NCBI RefSeq assembly: GCF_017876815.1
Contig: NZ_JAGIOS010000001.1
Coordinates: forward strand, 3,210,001 to 3,242,000
Direction of reading: 5' to 3'
DNA: 32,000 nt
From: Sinorhizobium meliloti
Lineage (GTDB): Bacteria > Pseudomonadota > Alphaproteobacteria > Rhizobiales > Rhizobiaceae
This document shows positions 24,473 through 32,000 of this stretch, one piece after another (within the stretch, counting starts at the first letter, position 1; every line of letters starts with the position of its first letter). The position numbers were made by a program, and so were the translations under genes. The notes under the pieces were generated by a model. That model was not told the DNA's origin. It did no database searches and worked only from the letters and a program-made list of their open reading frames with translations.

Positions 24473-24579
24473 CTACAGCGCCGCGCGTCTTATCAGACGC
24501 GCAAAGGTCGCTGTAGCACTTTGATCTGCTGCATGTTTTTGTCCTTTAATCGTATACGATTAAAGGAAACATGCAGTAG
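24473..24579. repeat. RIME-like intergenic mosaic element: two large palindromes in 107 bp
   Basis: Palindrome 1 spans 24473-24516 (CTACAGCG..GCGCGTCT-TATC-AGACGCGC..CGCTGTAG, imperfect). Palindrome 2 spans 24526-24579: 13-bp outer arms CTGCTGCATGTTT / AAACATGCAGTAG, a 4-nt bulge, and a perfect 24-bp AT-rich core CCTTTAATCGTATACGATTAAAGG at 24543-24566. It ends 1 nt before the purB stop codon. Confidence 0.6.
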
Positions 24580-25887
24580 CTAGACGGAACCGAAAACCCG
24601 CCGGAAGATCGTGTCGACATGCTTGGTATGGTAGCCGAGGTCGAATTTCTCCCGAATGTCCTCTTCGGAAAGAGCCGCACGGACTTCCGTGTCGGCGAGC
24701 AGTTCTTCGAGGAAGTCCTTGCCCTGTTCCCAGACCTTCATGGCGTTGCGTTGTACGAGGCGGTAGGCGTCCTCGCGCGACACTCCGGCCTGGGTGAGGG
24801 CGAGAAGGACACGCTGCGAATGAACAAGCCCGCGGAACTTGTTCATATTCTTCAGCATGTTGTCCGGGTAGACGAGAAGCTTGTCGATGACGCCGGTCAG
24901 GCGGGCGAGCGCGAAATCGAGCGTAACCGTCGCATCCGGACCGATCATCCGCTCGACCGACGAGTGCGAGATATCGCGTTCGTGCCACAGCGCGACGTTT
25001 TCCATGGCCGGAACGACGAAGGCGCGGACCATTCGGGAGAGGCCGGTCAGGTTTTCCGTCAGGACCGGATTGCGCTTGTGCGGCATGGCGGAAGAGCCCT
25101 TCTGGCCCGGAGAGAAATATTCCTCCGCTTCCAGAACCTCGGTGCGCTGCAAATGCCGGATCTCGGTCGCAAGGCGCTCGATCGAGGAGGCGACGACGCC
25201 GAGTGTGGCGAAATACATCGCGTGGCGATCGCGCGGGATCACCTGGGTCGAGACGGGTTCAGGCTTGAGGCCGAGCGCCTCTGCCACGTGTTCCTCGACG
25301 CGCGGATCGATGTTGGCGAAGGTGCCGACCGCTCCGGAAATGGCACAGGTCGCAATCTCCTCGCGGGCAGCGAGAAGGCGTTGCTTGCAGCGGTCGAACT
25401 CCGCATAGGCGAGCGCGAGCTTGACGCCGAAGGTCGTCGGCTCGGCGTGGATGCCGTGCGAACGACCGATGGTCACCGTGTCCTTGTGCTCGAAGGCACG
25501 CCGCTTCAGCGCTTCGAGCAGCTTATCGAGATCGGCAAGCAGGAGATCGGTGGCGCGGACGAGCTGAATGTTGAAGCAGGTGTCCAGCACGTCGGAAGAG
25601 GTCATGCCCTGATGGATGAAGCGGCTGTCGGGGCCGACGAATTCCGCAAGATGGGTGAGGAAGGCGATGACATCGTGCTTGGTGACGGCTTCGATCTCAT
25701 CGATGCGGGCGACGTCGAAGGTTGCCGCGCCGCCCTTTTCCCATATGGTCTTTGCAGCTTCCTTGGGGATCACGCCGATTTCGGCCAAGGCGTCGCAGGC
25801 ATGCGCCTCGATCTCGAACCAGATGCGGAACTTGGTTTCCGGCGACCAGATGGCCACCATTTCCGGCCGGGAGTAACGGGAGATCAT
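24580..25887 (-). CDS. purB: adenylosuccinate lyase PurB
   Basis: ORF 24580..25935 starts at TTG. The ATG at 25885-25887 gives MISRYSRPEMVAIWSPETKF..., the canonical N-terminus of Bacillus-type PurB (435 aa). The fumarate-lyase signature GSSAMPHKRNP is present. Confidence 0.95.
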   Translation of the reverse strand: MISRYSRPEMVAIWSPETKFRIWFEIEAHACDALAEIGVIPKEAAKTIWEKGGAATFDVARIDEIEAVTKHDVIAFLTHLAEFVGPDSRFIHQGMTSSDVLDTCFNIQLVRATDLLLADLDKLLEALKRRAFEHKDTVTIGRSHGIHAEPTTFGVKLALAYAEFDRCKQRLLAAREEIATCAISGAVGTFANIDPRVEEHVAEALGLKPEPVSTQVIPRDRHAMYFATLGVVASSIERLATEIRHLQRTEVLEAEEYFSPGQKGSSAMPHKRNPVLTENLTGLSRMVRAFVVPAMENVALWHERDISHSSVERMIGPDATVTLDFALARLTGVIDKLLVYPDNMLKNMNKFRGLVHSQRVLLALTQAGVSREDAYRLVQRNAMKVWEQGKDFLEELLADTEVRAALSEEDIREKFDLGYHTKHVDTIFRRVFGSV

Positions 25888-25950
25888 GGGCTTCAAGCTT
25901 TCGTCGAGAGTGGAGGATGGCTGTGCCTCTATCAAAGATGGCGGTGAAGC

Positions 25951-26508
25951 TCAACGCCGTTGCCGCGCGTCCGATCGCGCGAGCAGCAGACTCGTTGCTA
26001 CGAGCGCGACTGCACCGAGGGGTAGGTAAAGGCGAACGCCGAGGACCAGAAACTGGTAGAAGGCGGCAAGCGACGTGAACGCGAACTGGAACAGCCAGGT
26101 GCGTGTTCCGGTCATCGCATGCCACTGCGCATAGAAAGTGCGGTAGTCGAGCGCGAATAGGAATGCCGTCGTTCCGATCGTGCCTGCGGCGAGGCACAGG
26201 AAAAAGGCCGAAAACCGTGTCTCGGCCGGTCGGTTCTGCGACAAGCAGCGGGCGGCAAACAGAGAAAGCGGCCATGCGACGATGCCGCCCCATGCGTAAA
26301 GCCCGAGAATGCTTTTCAGGTGGAACGTGACGTTATTTTCGCGGAACCAAAGTGCAAGCCACGCCGAGAGAGCCATCGCGAAGCCCCAGCAGAGCGCGCC
26401 GAGGATCGCTTCCCGCAGGCTCGGAACCGAATGCGCGAGACGGTAGCGCTTCGGCCGGTCCGGGTCTGCGATGAGCACCTTTGCCCGGACCGCGGCCTTC
26501 CCCTCCAT
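25951..26508 (-). CDS. integral membrane protein of unknown function (about 5 TM)
   Basis: Real gene within ORF 25951..26661. ATG at 26506-26508 shares its A with the TGA of the upstream DUF2259-like gene (TGATG). The 185-aa product has hydrophobic segments such as ILGALCWGFAMALSAWLALWF and FSAFFLCLAAGTIGTTAFLFAL. Confidence 0.6.
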   Translation of the reverse strand: MEGKAAVRAKVLIADPDRPKRYRLAHSVPSLREAILGALCWGFAMALSAWLALWFRENNVTFHLKSILGLYAWGGIVAWPLSLFAARCLSQNRPAETRFSAFFLCLAAGTIGTTAFLFALDYRTFYAQWHAMTGTRTWLFQFAFTSLAAFYQFLVLGVRLYLPLGAVALVATSLLLARSDARQRR

Positions 26509-27245
26509 CAACCGGGAATCCGCACCGGTACCGCGATCCAGCGGCCGTCGGTGGTGCCCTCGAAGCCGAGCGACTCGACCAGGATCATCACTGCATGGAC
26601 CTCGGAGCCGTCGGCCTTGACATGGGTCACGACGCCGCCGATGCGGTAGCCTGTCGGGCAACGGCGGCTCAAGGGAATGCGCTTCTCGTCTTCGAGTATG
26701 TCCGATGCGGGCTTCCCGGCCTTTTCGGTCATCGTCAGACGGAAGCCTTTGACCTCTTTCAGAAAGCCCTCGCAGATCCCTTCCGGTTCGAAGACCTTCT
26801 CTTCGAGCTTCAGCGCATAGGTCTTGCGGAAGGATGCATCGGCGGGAAATGAGGAATAGGTCAGTGTGCGCGGCTCTGCATCGAGCTCGGTCACGGGATT
26901 ATATGCAGCGAGCACTCCCGGCGTGTCGTGGAGACGATAGGCATCGATGAGCGGCGCAGAGCGCCTGTGGGCTTCACCGCGCGCCCTGTGCAGATCGGCT
27001 CCGTCCTCCTCCGCAACGGCGCGCACGGGAGCGCCGGGCAGGAAGGCGTCGGTATTCGTGTCGAGAACGTAGATCGTCGAATAGGGAAAGCCGGAGCCGT
27101 CCTGGATACCGTATTCCTCGAAGGCGAAGACATCGCCGTCCGACGAAAAGCCGATCGGTTGGAAGGCGGCGTAGTCGCCGGCCGCCGCACCCGATGCGGC
27201 AAGCATCGCCAGAATGATGCCCGCAGTCGCTGCGCGCGCCGTCAT
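26508..27245 (-). CDS. secreted protein, DUF2259-like
   Basis: Real gene within ORF 26508..27953. ATG at 27243-27245 overlaps the rpe TGA (ATGA) and gives 245 aa. Signal peptide [25 protein letters not shown] is present. The family call is from memory of rhizobial homologues. Confidence 0.6.
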   Translation of the reverse strand: MTARAATAGIILAMLAASGAAAGDYAAFQPIGFSSDGDVFAFEEYGIQDGSGFPYSTIYVLDTNTDAFLPGAPVRAVAEEDGADLHRARGEAHRRSAPLIDAYRLHDTPGVLAAYNPVTELDAEPRTLTYSSFPADASFRKTYALKLEEKVFEPEGICEGFLKEVKGFRLTMTEKAGKPASDILEDEKRIPLSRRCPTGYRIGGVVTHVKADGSEVHAVMILVESLGFEGTTDGRWIAVPVRIPG

Positions 27246-27922
27246 CCGCGTGCCTTTTGCGCCTGCGTGCGGAGCACTTCGATGGCGCTGCGATACGCAT
27301 CGACGGAATCGCCCTTGAAGATGGCGGATCCGGCGACCAGCACATTGGCGCCCGCTTTCGCCGCGACGCCGGCCGTATCGGGCGCGATACCGCCATCCAC
27401 CTCGATCTCGATCGGGCGGCTGCCGATCATTGCCTTGATCCGCCGGATCTTCTCCTCCGTCGCGCCGACGAACTTCTGGCCGCCGAAGCCGGGATTGACC
27501 GTCATCACGAGAATGAGATCGACGGTGTCGAGGACATATTCGATTGCGCTTTCCGGCGTCGCCGGATTGATCGAGACGCCGGCTTTTTTTCCGAGCGACT
27601 TCACCGTCTGCAGCGACCGGTGCAGATGCGGGCCTGCTTCGGCATGGACGGTTATGATGTCGCATCCGGCCTTCGCAAAGGCTTCGAGGAAGGGATCGGC
27701 CGGCGCGATCATCAGGTGGCAGTCGAAGGTCGCCCGGGTGTGCGGGCGCAGCGACTTGATCACGTCGGGTCCGAAGGTGATGTTCGGTACGAAATGTCCG
27801 TCCATGACATCGAGATGGATCCAGTCGGCGCCGGCCTCGGCGACGTCGCGAACCTCCTGGCCGAGTTTGGAGAAGTCGGCCGCCAGGATCGACGGGGCAA
27901 TGCGAATGGGGTGGGTCATCAT
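27242..27922 (-). CDS. rpe: ribulose-phosphate 3-epimerase
   Basis: 226 aa: [52 protein letters not shown]...[13 protein letters not shown]...EVDGG. Confidence 0.95.
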   Translation of the reverse strand: MMTHPIRIAPSILAADFSKLGQEVRDVAEAGADWIHLDVMDGHFVPNITFGPDVIKSLRPHTRATFDCHLMIAPADPFLEAFAKAGCDIITVHAEAGPHLHRSLQTVKSLGKKAGVSINPATPESAIEYVLDTVDLILVMTVNPGFGGQKFVGATEEKIRRIKAMIGSRPIEIEVDGGIAPDTAGVAAKAGANVLVAGSAIFKGDSVDAYRSAIEVLRTQAQKARG

Positions 27923-27984
27923 CGTGCTCCGGCTCTTTCCCGCGCCATAGCATTCTCGGGCCTCCCGAACAACCGGCGCGAAGA

Positions 27985-28992
27985 TCAGGAGCGTGAGGAC
28001 CAGGCAGGCATCAGATCGTCTCCGGCATCTCGTGCGTCGTATACGCCGCGCGCGATCGCACGGGCCATGGTGGCGGCTGCCGCGGCGCTGAGATCGATGA
28101 AATCCTGAAGCAGTGGCGCCTTTCCGCTCGTGCCCGTCGAAAGCGCAAAGACCAGATCGCCGTCAAGCGGCGTATGAGAGGGCCACAGGGCACGCGAAAA
28201 GCCGTCATGGGCCGCTATCGCCAGACGCTTAGCCTCCGCCTTGGTGAGCAGCGCATCGGTGGCGATGACCGCGATGGTCGTGTTCGTCGCCGACGCTTGC
28301 CGCTCCCGAAACTTGAAGCGAGGGGCAGCGGCGTCCTGCGGCCAGGGCGTGGGCTGGCCCAGCCCGCCGAACTCGTCGTCCATCTCGAAGGGTGCTGCCC
28401 AGAAATGACGTGTGTCGCCGACGGTCGCCGAGCCGATGGCATTCACTGCCACAAGTGCGCCGACGGTGATCCCGTTGGACAGTACCGTCGACGCGGAGCC
28501 GAGACCGCCCTTGAAGGTCGCAGTAAGCGCGCCCGTGCCTGCGCCGGTGCTGCCGGTCCCGAAATCCGCCGATACCGCACGCGCCGCTTGGTAGCCGAGA
28601 TCGCGATACGGCGCGTAGCGTCCCCAATCCTTGTCGCCGCCATTTGCCAGATCGAAGAGGATCGCCGCGGGCACGATCGGCACACGATGCGGGCCGACGG
28701 CGAACCCGCGCCCCATCTCGCGCAGCGCCGCCTGAACGCCCGACGCGGCATCGAGGCCGAAGGCCGAGCCACCGGAGAGCACGATCGCGTCGACGGCCTG
28801 GACCGTATTGTGGGGAGCGAGCAGGTCGGTCTCGCGCGTGCCGGGAGCGCCGCCTAGAACCTGGACGGCAGCCGTCGCCGGCGGATCGCAGAGCACGGCC
28901 GTAACCCCGGATTTCAGCCTGATATCCTCGGCATTGCCGACCAGCAATCCGGGCACGTCCGTGATGAGATTTCTGGCCCCTTTCCGCATCAT
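27985..28992 (-). CDS. P1 (S58, DmpA/BapA-like) family peptidase
   Basis: ORF 27985..29040. ATG at 28990-28992 overlaps the upstream binding-protein TGA (ATGA) and gives 335 aa. The product reads ...[11 protein letters not shown]...[12 protein letters not shown]...[13 protein letters not shown]...[13 protein letters not shown]...[13 protein letters not shown]. No signal peptide is seen. Confidence 0.8.
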   Translation of the reverse strand: MMRKGARNLITDVPGLLVGNAEDIRLKSGVTAVLCDPPATAAVQVLGGAPGTRETDLLAPHNTVQAVDAIVLSGGSAFGLDAASGVQAALREMGRGFAVGPHRVPIVPAAILFDLANGGDKDWGRYAPYRDLGYQAARAVSADFGTGSTGAGTGALTATFKGGLGSASTVLSNGITVGALVAVNAIGSATVGDTRHFWAAPFEMDDEFGGLGQPTPWPQDAAAPRFKFRERQASATNTTIAVIATDALLTKAEAKRLAIAAHDGFSRALWPSHTPLDGDLVFALSTGTSGKAPLLQDFIDLSAAAAATMARAIARGVYDARDAGDDLMPAWSSRS

Positions 28993-30077
28993 TCCGTACT
29001 GCCCGTAGCGGCTGCATCGACGAAACGCCCGTCCTGCCATCGCATCAGCCTGTAAGGGGTTTCGGCCAGCTCGTGCGCACTATTGAACCCGATCGGGCCG
29101 AGCACTGTGGGATAGGGTCCTTTCGTCAGGGCGTCGGCAAGCGAGCTGCCGTCTTTTGCCGCCTGGTCCTTTGCCTGCTCGAGGAGCGACACTGCGGCAA
29201 AGGCGGGGAGAACATATCCCTCGGGCTCGACCTTGGCGGCGCGCATGGCCTTTGCCACCGCCGCAGCCTCCGACGATCGTGCGGGGTCGGGGATCGTCAT
29301 GGCAAGGACGCCGTTCTCAAGCGGGACGTCGAGATCGGCAGCGTTCAGCGTGTCGCCGCCCAAAAGGATTATCGGAACGTTTTCCGCTGTCGCGTCACGC
29401 GCGATGACCGCCGTATCGTTGCGGTCGCCTCCGGTGAAGACATGCGTTGCACCGCTCTTCGCCAGTCGCCGCACGAGGCTCACCTGCTGTTCCTGCGAGG
29501 GGCGGTAGGTGTCGGTGAAAACCGGTGTTATACCGATCTCGGCCAACCCGTTGCGCACGCTCTCGACAAGCTCGCGGCTGTGGATCGTCCCGTCGTCGAT
29601 GAGAGCGAGCGGCCGGCCTTTCCAGTTCGCGACGATGGCATCGGTGATCGCCGCCGCTTCGGCCTTGCCGCTTGGGGCCAGGCGATAGAACGGCCACTCT
29701 TTCTTGAGTGCGTCCTCCATGAGGATGTCGGAACGGACGCTGACTGTGATCGCCGGAATGCCGGCTTCGGCGAGCGCCGGCAGTGCGGCTTCAAGGCTCT
29801 CGGTGCACAGAAAACCGATTGCCGCTTCCGCGCCGCTTGCAAGCAGGGCTTTCGTCAGCGCCTGGCCGCCGGCAGGATCGCAGTTTTCGTTGATCGGGAT
29901 CACCTGGCTTCCGCGGTCGCCGGCCTGGAATGCTGCCCCGGCAGAAATCTGCCTTCCGAGAGAGGCGAAAGCCCCTTCCTCTGGAGCCACGACCGCGACC
30001 TTCACGCCGGCAGCGAAAGCAGGACCGGTCAGCGCAAGCGCAGCGACGAAGAGGCTGGTGACGAGTGATTTAGGCAT
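28989..30077 (-). CDS. periplasmic binding protein, LivJ/Peripla_BP_6-like (orphan: no permease or ATPase genes adjacent)
   Basis: 362 aa. Signal peptide MPKSLVTSLFVAALALTGPAFAAG is followed by VKVAVVAPEEGAFASLGRQ..., the type I PBP pattern. ATG at 30075-30077. Confidence 0.75.
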   Translation of the reverse strand: MPKSLVTSLFVAALALTGPAFAAGVKVAVVAPEEGAFASLGRQISAGAAFQAGDRGSQVIPINENCDPAGGQALTKALLASGAEAAIGFLCTESLEAALPALAEAGIPAITVSVRSDILMEDALKKEWPFYRLAPSGKAEAAAITDAIVANWKGRPLALIDDGTIHSRELVESVRNGLAEIGITPVFTDTYRPSQEQQVSLVRRLAKSGATHVFTGGDRNDTAVIARDATAENVPIILLGGDTLNAADLDVPLENGVLAMTIPDPARSSEAAAVAKAMRAAKVEPEGYVLPAFAAVSLLEQAKDQAAKDGSSLADALTKGPYPTVLGPIGFNSAHELAETPYRLMRWQDGRFVDAAATGSTE

Positions 30078-30236
30078 GTTTTTTCCCGCTATCGACCGCC
30101 ATGTTTTAAGGATGTGGCCGCGCCCGTCAAAGGAAAAGATCGAGGCATAACGAGGCTTTGTCGCCGCATCGATTGCAAGCGCCGCTGATCCGCAAGATTC
30201 TCGCGCCGCCGGGTTTCATATTTTCCGCGAGAGTCT

Positions 30237-30764
30237 ATGTATGTGCGAGATATCGTTCCGGAGCGAGATGTGTTGGAGAAGACCCGGCTGGACCCGATAA
30301 CCTACCGTGATGCGATGAGCCGCATGTCGTCGCATGTGCAGCTGATCACGGCGGCCGATGGCAAGGAGCGGCGCGGCGTGACGATCACCGCGTCCTGCTC
30401 GGTATCCGACGATCCGCCGACCGTGCTCGCTTGCCTCAACGCAGCCAACCGGCGCAACGACATCTTTTCGCGTGGCGGCAGCTTCGCGCTGAACCTGCTT
30501 GGCGCCCAGCATCACGCCCTGGCTCACGCCTTTTCGGGCCGCGACCAGCTCGACATGGAACGGCGTTTTGCCTTGGGCCGGTGGACGCAGCGCACGACCG
30601 GTGCGCCCATCCTCGTCGAGGCGATCGCTGCCTTCGACTGCCGCCTGATCGAAGTCAAGGAAGTGGCCACACATCTCATCCTTATCGGCGAAGTCGTGGA
30701 CGTACAGCTCGGCCCGAAGCAGCCACCGCTCATTTATGTGGACCGCGGATATCACACGCTATAG
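30237..30764 (+). CDS. flavin reductase family protein (HpaC/RutF-like Flavin_Reduct domain)
   Basis: 175 aa: ...YRDAMSRMSSHVQLITAADGKERRGVTITASCSVSDDPPTVLACLN...GAPILVEAIAAFDCRLIE...THLILIGEV. Confidence 0.8.
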   Translation: MYVRDIVPERDVLEKTRLDPITYRDAMSRMSSHVQLITAADGKERRGVTITASCSVSDDPPTVLACLNAANRRNDIFSRGGSFALNLLGAQHHALAHAFSGRDQLDMERRFALGRWTQRTTGAPILVEAIAAFDCRLIEVKEVATHLILIGEVVDVQLGPKQPPLIYVDRGYHTL

Positions 30765-30788
30765 GTTTTCGTCCAGGCGGGAGGAAGC

Positions 30789-31718
30789 ATGGCGAGACAG
30801 CTGACAGGAAAGCTGCCCCAGTCCATCGACGAGACGAGGGCGATGCTGGAGGCGCAGGATTATCTCGCCGGAACCGCGCTGGCGACCGTTCTCTTCCTGG
30901 CCCTCAGGATGAAGCGCCCGCTATTCCTCGAAGGCGAGGCCGGGGTCGGCAAGACCGAGATCGCCAAGGTACTGGCGCGCGCCCTCGACCGCCCCCTCAT
31001 CCGGCTTCAGTGCTACGAGGGTCTTGATGTCGCCTCGGCCGTCTACGAATGGAACTATCCGGCTCAAATGCTGGAAATCCGCCTGTCGGAAGCGGCGGGC
31101 ACCGTCGACCGCCAGAGAGTGGAAAGCGACATCTTCTCCGAGCGGTTCCTCATAAGACGGCCGGTGCTGCAGGCGATATCGACGACTGCCGGGAGGGCGC
31201 CGGTGTTCCTGATCGACGAGCTCGACCGCACCGACGAAGCCTTCGAAGCCTTTCTCCTGGAGGTGCTTTCCGATTTCCAGGTCACAATCCCCGAACTCGG
31301 GACGATCAAGGCCGACGAGCCGCCGATCGTCATCATCACCACCAACCGGACCCGCGAAATCCACGATGCCTTGAAGAGACGCTGTCTCTATCACTGGGTC
31401 GACTACCCCAAGGCGGCGCAGGAACTGGAGATCATCCGCCGCAAGGTTCCGGGCTGCAACGCGGCGCTTTCACGCGAGATCGTTGCCTATGTTCAGAGGT
31501 TGAGGGCGCTCGACCTCTTCAAGAATCCCGGCGTCGCGGAAACGATCGACTGGGCCACGGCGCTCACCGAGCTCGACGCGCTGGCGCTCGATCCCGAAAC
31601 GGTGGCCGACACGCTCGGTACGCTTCTCAAATATCAGGACGACATCGCCCGGATCGAAGGTGCCGAAGGCCGCCGCCTGCTTGCCGAGGTGAAAGCCGAA
31701 TTGCTGGCGCAGGACTGA
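30789..31718 (+). CDS. MoxR-family AAA+ ATPase (CoxD-like)
   Basis: 309 aa with Walker A GEAGVGKT and Walker B VFLIDELDR. GGAGG lies upstream of the ATG at 30789. Confidence 0.9.
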   Translation: MARQLTGKLPQSIDETRAMLEAQDYLAGTALATVLFLALRMKRPLFLEGEAGVGKTEIAKVLARALDRPLIRLQCYEGLDVASAVYEWNYPAQMLEIRLSEAAGTVDRQRVESDIFSERFLIRRPVLQAISTTAGRAPVFLIDELDRTDEAFEAFLLEVLSDFQVTIPELGTIKADEPPIVIITTNRTREIHDALKRRCLYHWVDYPKAAQELEIIRRKVPGCNAALSREIVAYVQRLRALDLFKNPGVAETIDWATALTELDALALDPETVADTLGTLLKYQDDIARIEGAEGRRLLAEVKAELLAQD

Positions 31719-31723
31719 GCAGG

Positions 31724-32000
31724 ATGACCGGCGGAGCCCATTCGGATGAAGGAAGGCTTGCCGACAACATCGTCTTCTTCGCCCGTGCCCTGAGGCGGGC
31801 GGGACTGCGGATCGGTCCGGCCGCCATCGCCGATGCCATCGGTGCCGTAAAGCTGATCGGCATCGGCTCCCGTGGCGAATTCTATGCAGCGCTCCAATGC
31901 ATCTTCGTCAAGCGTCATGAAGACCAGGCCGTATTCGACGAGGCGTTCCGGCTCTTCTGGCGTTCGCCGGATCTGGTGAACAAGATGATCGCGCTCATGT
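31724..32000 (+). CDS. VWA domain-containing CoxE-like protein, N-terminal part (runs off the right edge)
   Basis: Absent from the ORF track (no stop in the window). The ATG at 31724 is 5 nt after the MoxR stop. Hand translation: MTGGAHSDEGRLADNIVFFARALRRAGLRIGPAAIADAIGAVKLIGIGSRGEFYAALQCIFVKRHEDQAVFDEAFRLFWRSPDL..., the conserved CoxE-family N-terminus. Confidence 0.75.
   Translation, partial: MTGGAHSDEGRLADNIVFFARALRRAGLRIGPAAIADAIGAVKLIGIGSRGEFYAALQCIFVKRHEDQAVFDEAFRLFWRSPDLVNKMIALM

Noticed and set aside
24344-24583. 79-aa plus-strand ORF in the PilZ-purB intergenic region
   Set aside because: It is composed of the palindromic hairpins and the RIME-like element, with no RBS or coding-like composition.

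Overview
High-GC alphaproteobacterial chromosome segment, Rhizobiaceae-like by gene content, synteny and intergenic repeat types (inference, no search was run). The backbone is housekeeping. It carries ttcA, an IMPase-family gene, grxD, bolA, purL, purQ-purS-purC, a DUF1476/zeta-subunit homologue, purB and rpe. Accessory blocks and repeat or IS debris interrupt this backbone. Mobile DNA comprises an IS4-family transposase that runs off the left edge and a badly decayed IS5-like relic beside purL. Other accessory genes are two tandem Bcr/CflA-type MFS exporters and a PagL-like outer-membrane lipid A deacylase. A MocR-type regulator sits divergent from a DUF1127 small protein. A stand-alone PilZ protein, an orphan LivJ-like binding protein coupled to an S58/P1 peptidase, and a flavin reductase-MoxR-VWA(CoxE-like) group at the right edge complete the set. 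The most interesting region is 14.6-22.4 kb, a tightly packed seven-gene minus-strand operon. It combines the three lower-pathway enzymes of gallate/protocatechuate-4,5 meta-cleavage: a PrpF-fold tautomerase, an LmbE-fold GalB-like hydratase and an RraA-fold aldolase. These sit with a tripartite tricarboxylate transporter in the unusual order A-C-B and an orphan NAD_binding_2/DUF1932 dehydrogenase. No ring-cleavage dioxygenase is present in the window. The operon is read divergently from a LysR regulator that carries two tandem LysR-type wHTH domains. Several intergenic structured repeats are present. These are a hairpin family with two copies, a dispersed GAA-CGGTTTTCC-CCG-ATTGC motif with two copies, and a RIME-like double palindrome abutting the purB stop codon. 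No rRNA, tRNA or CRISPR array was recognised. The many long ORFs antisense to real genes are high-GC shadow frames. The ORF track counts GTG and TTG as M, so several starts were re-derived from the nucleotide sequence.
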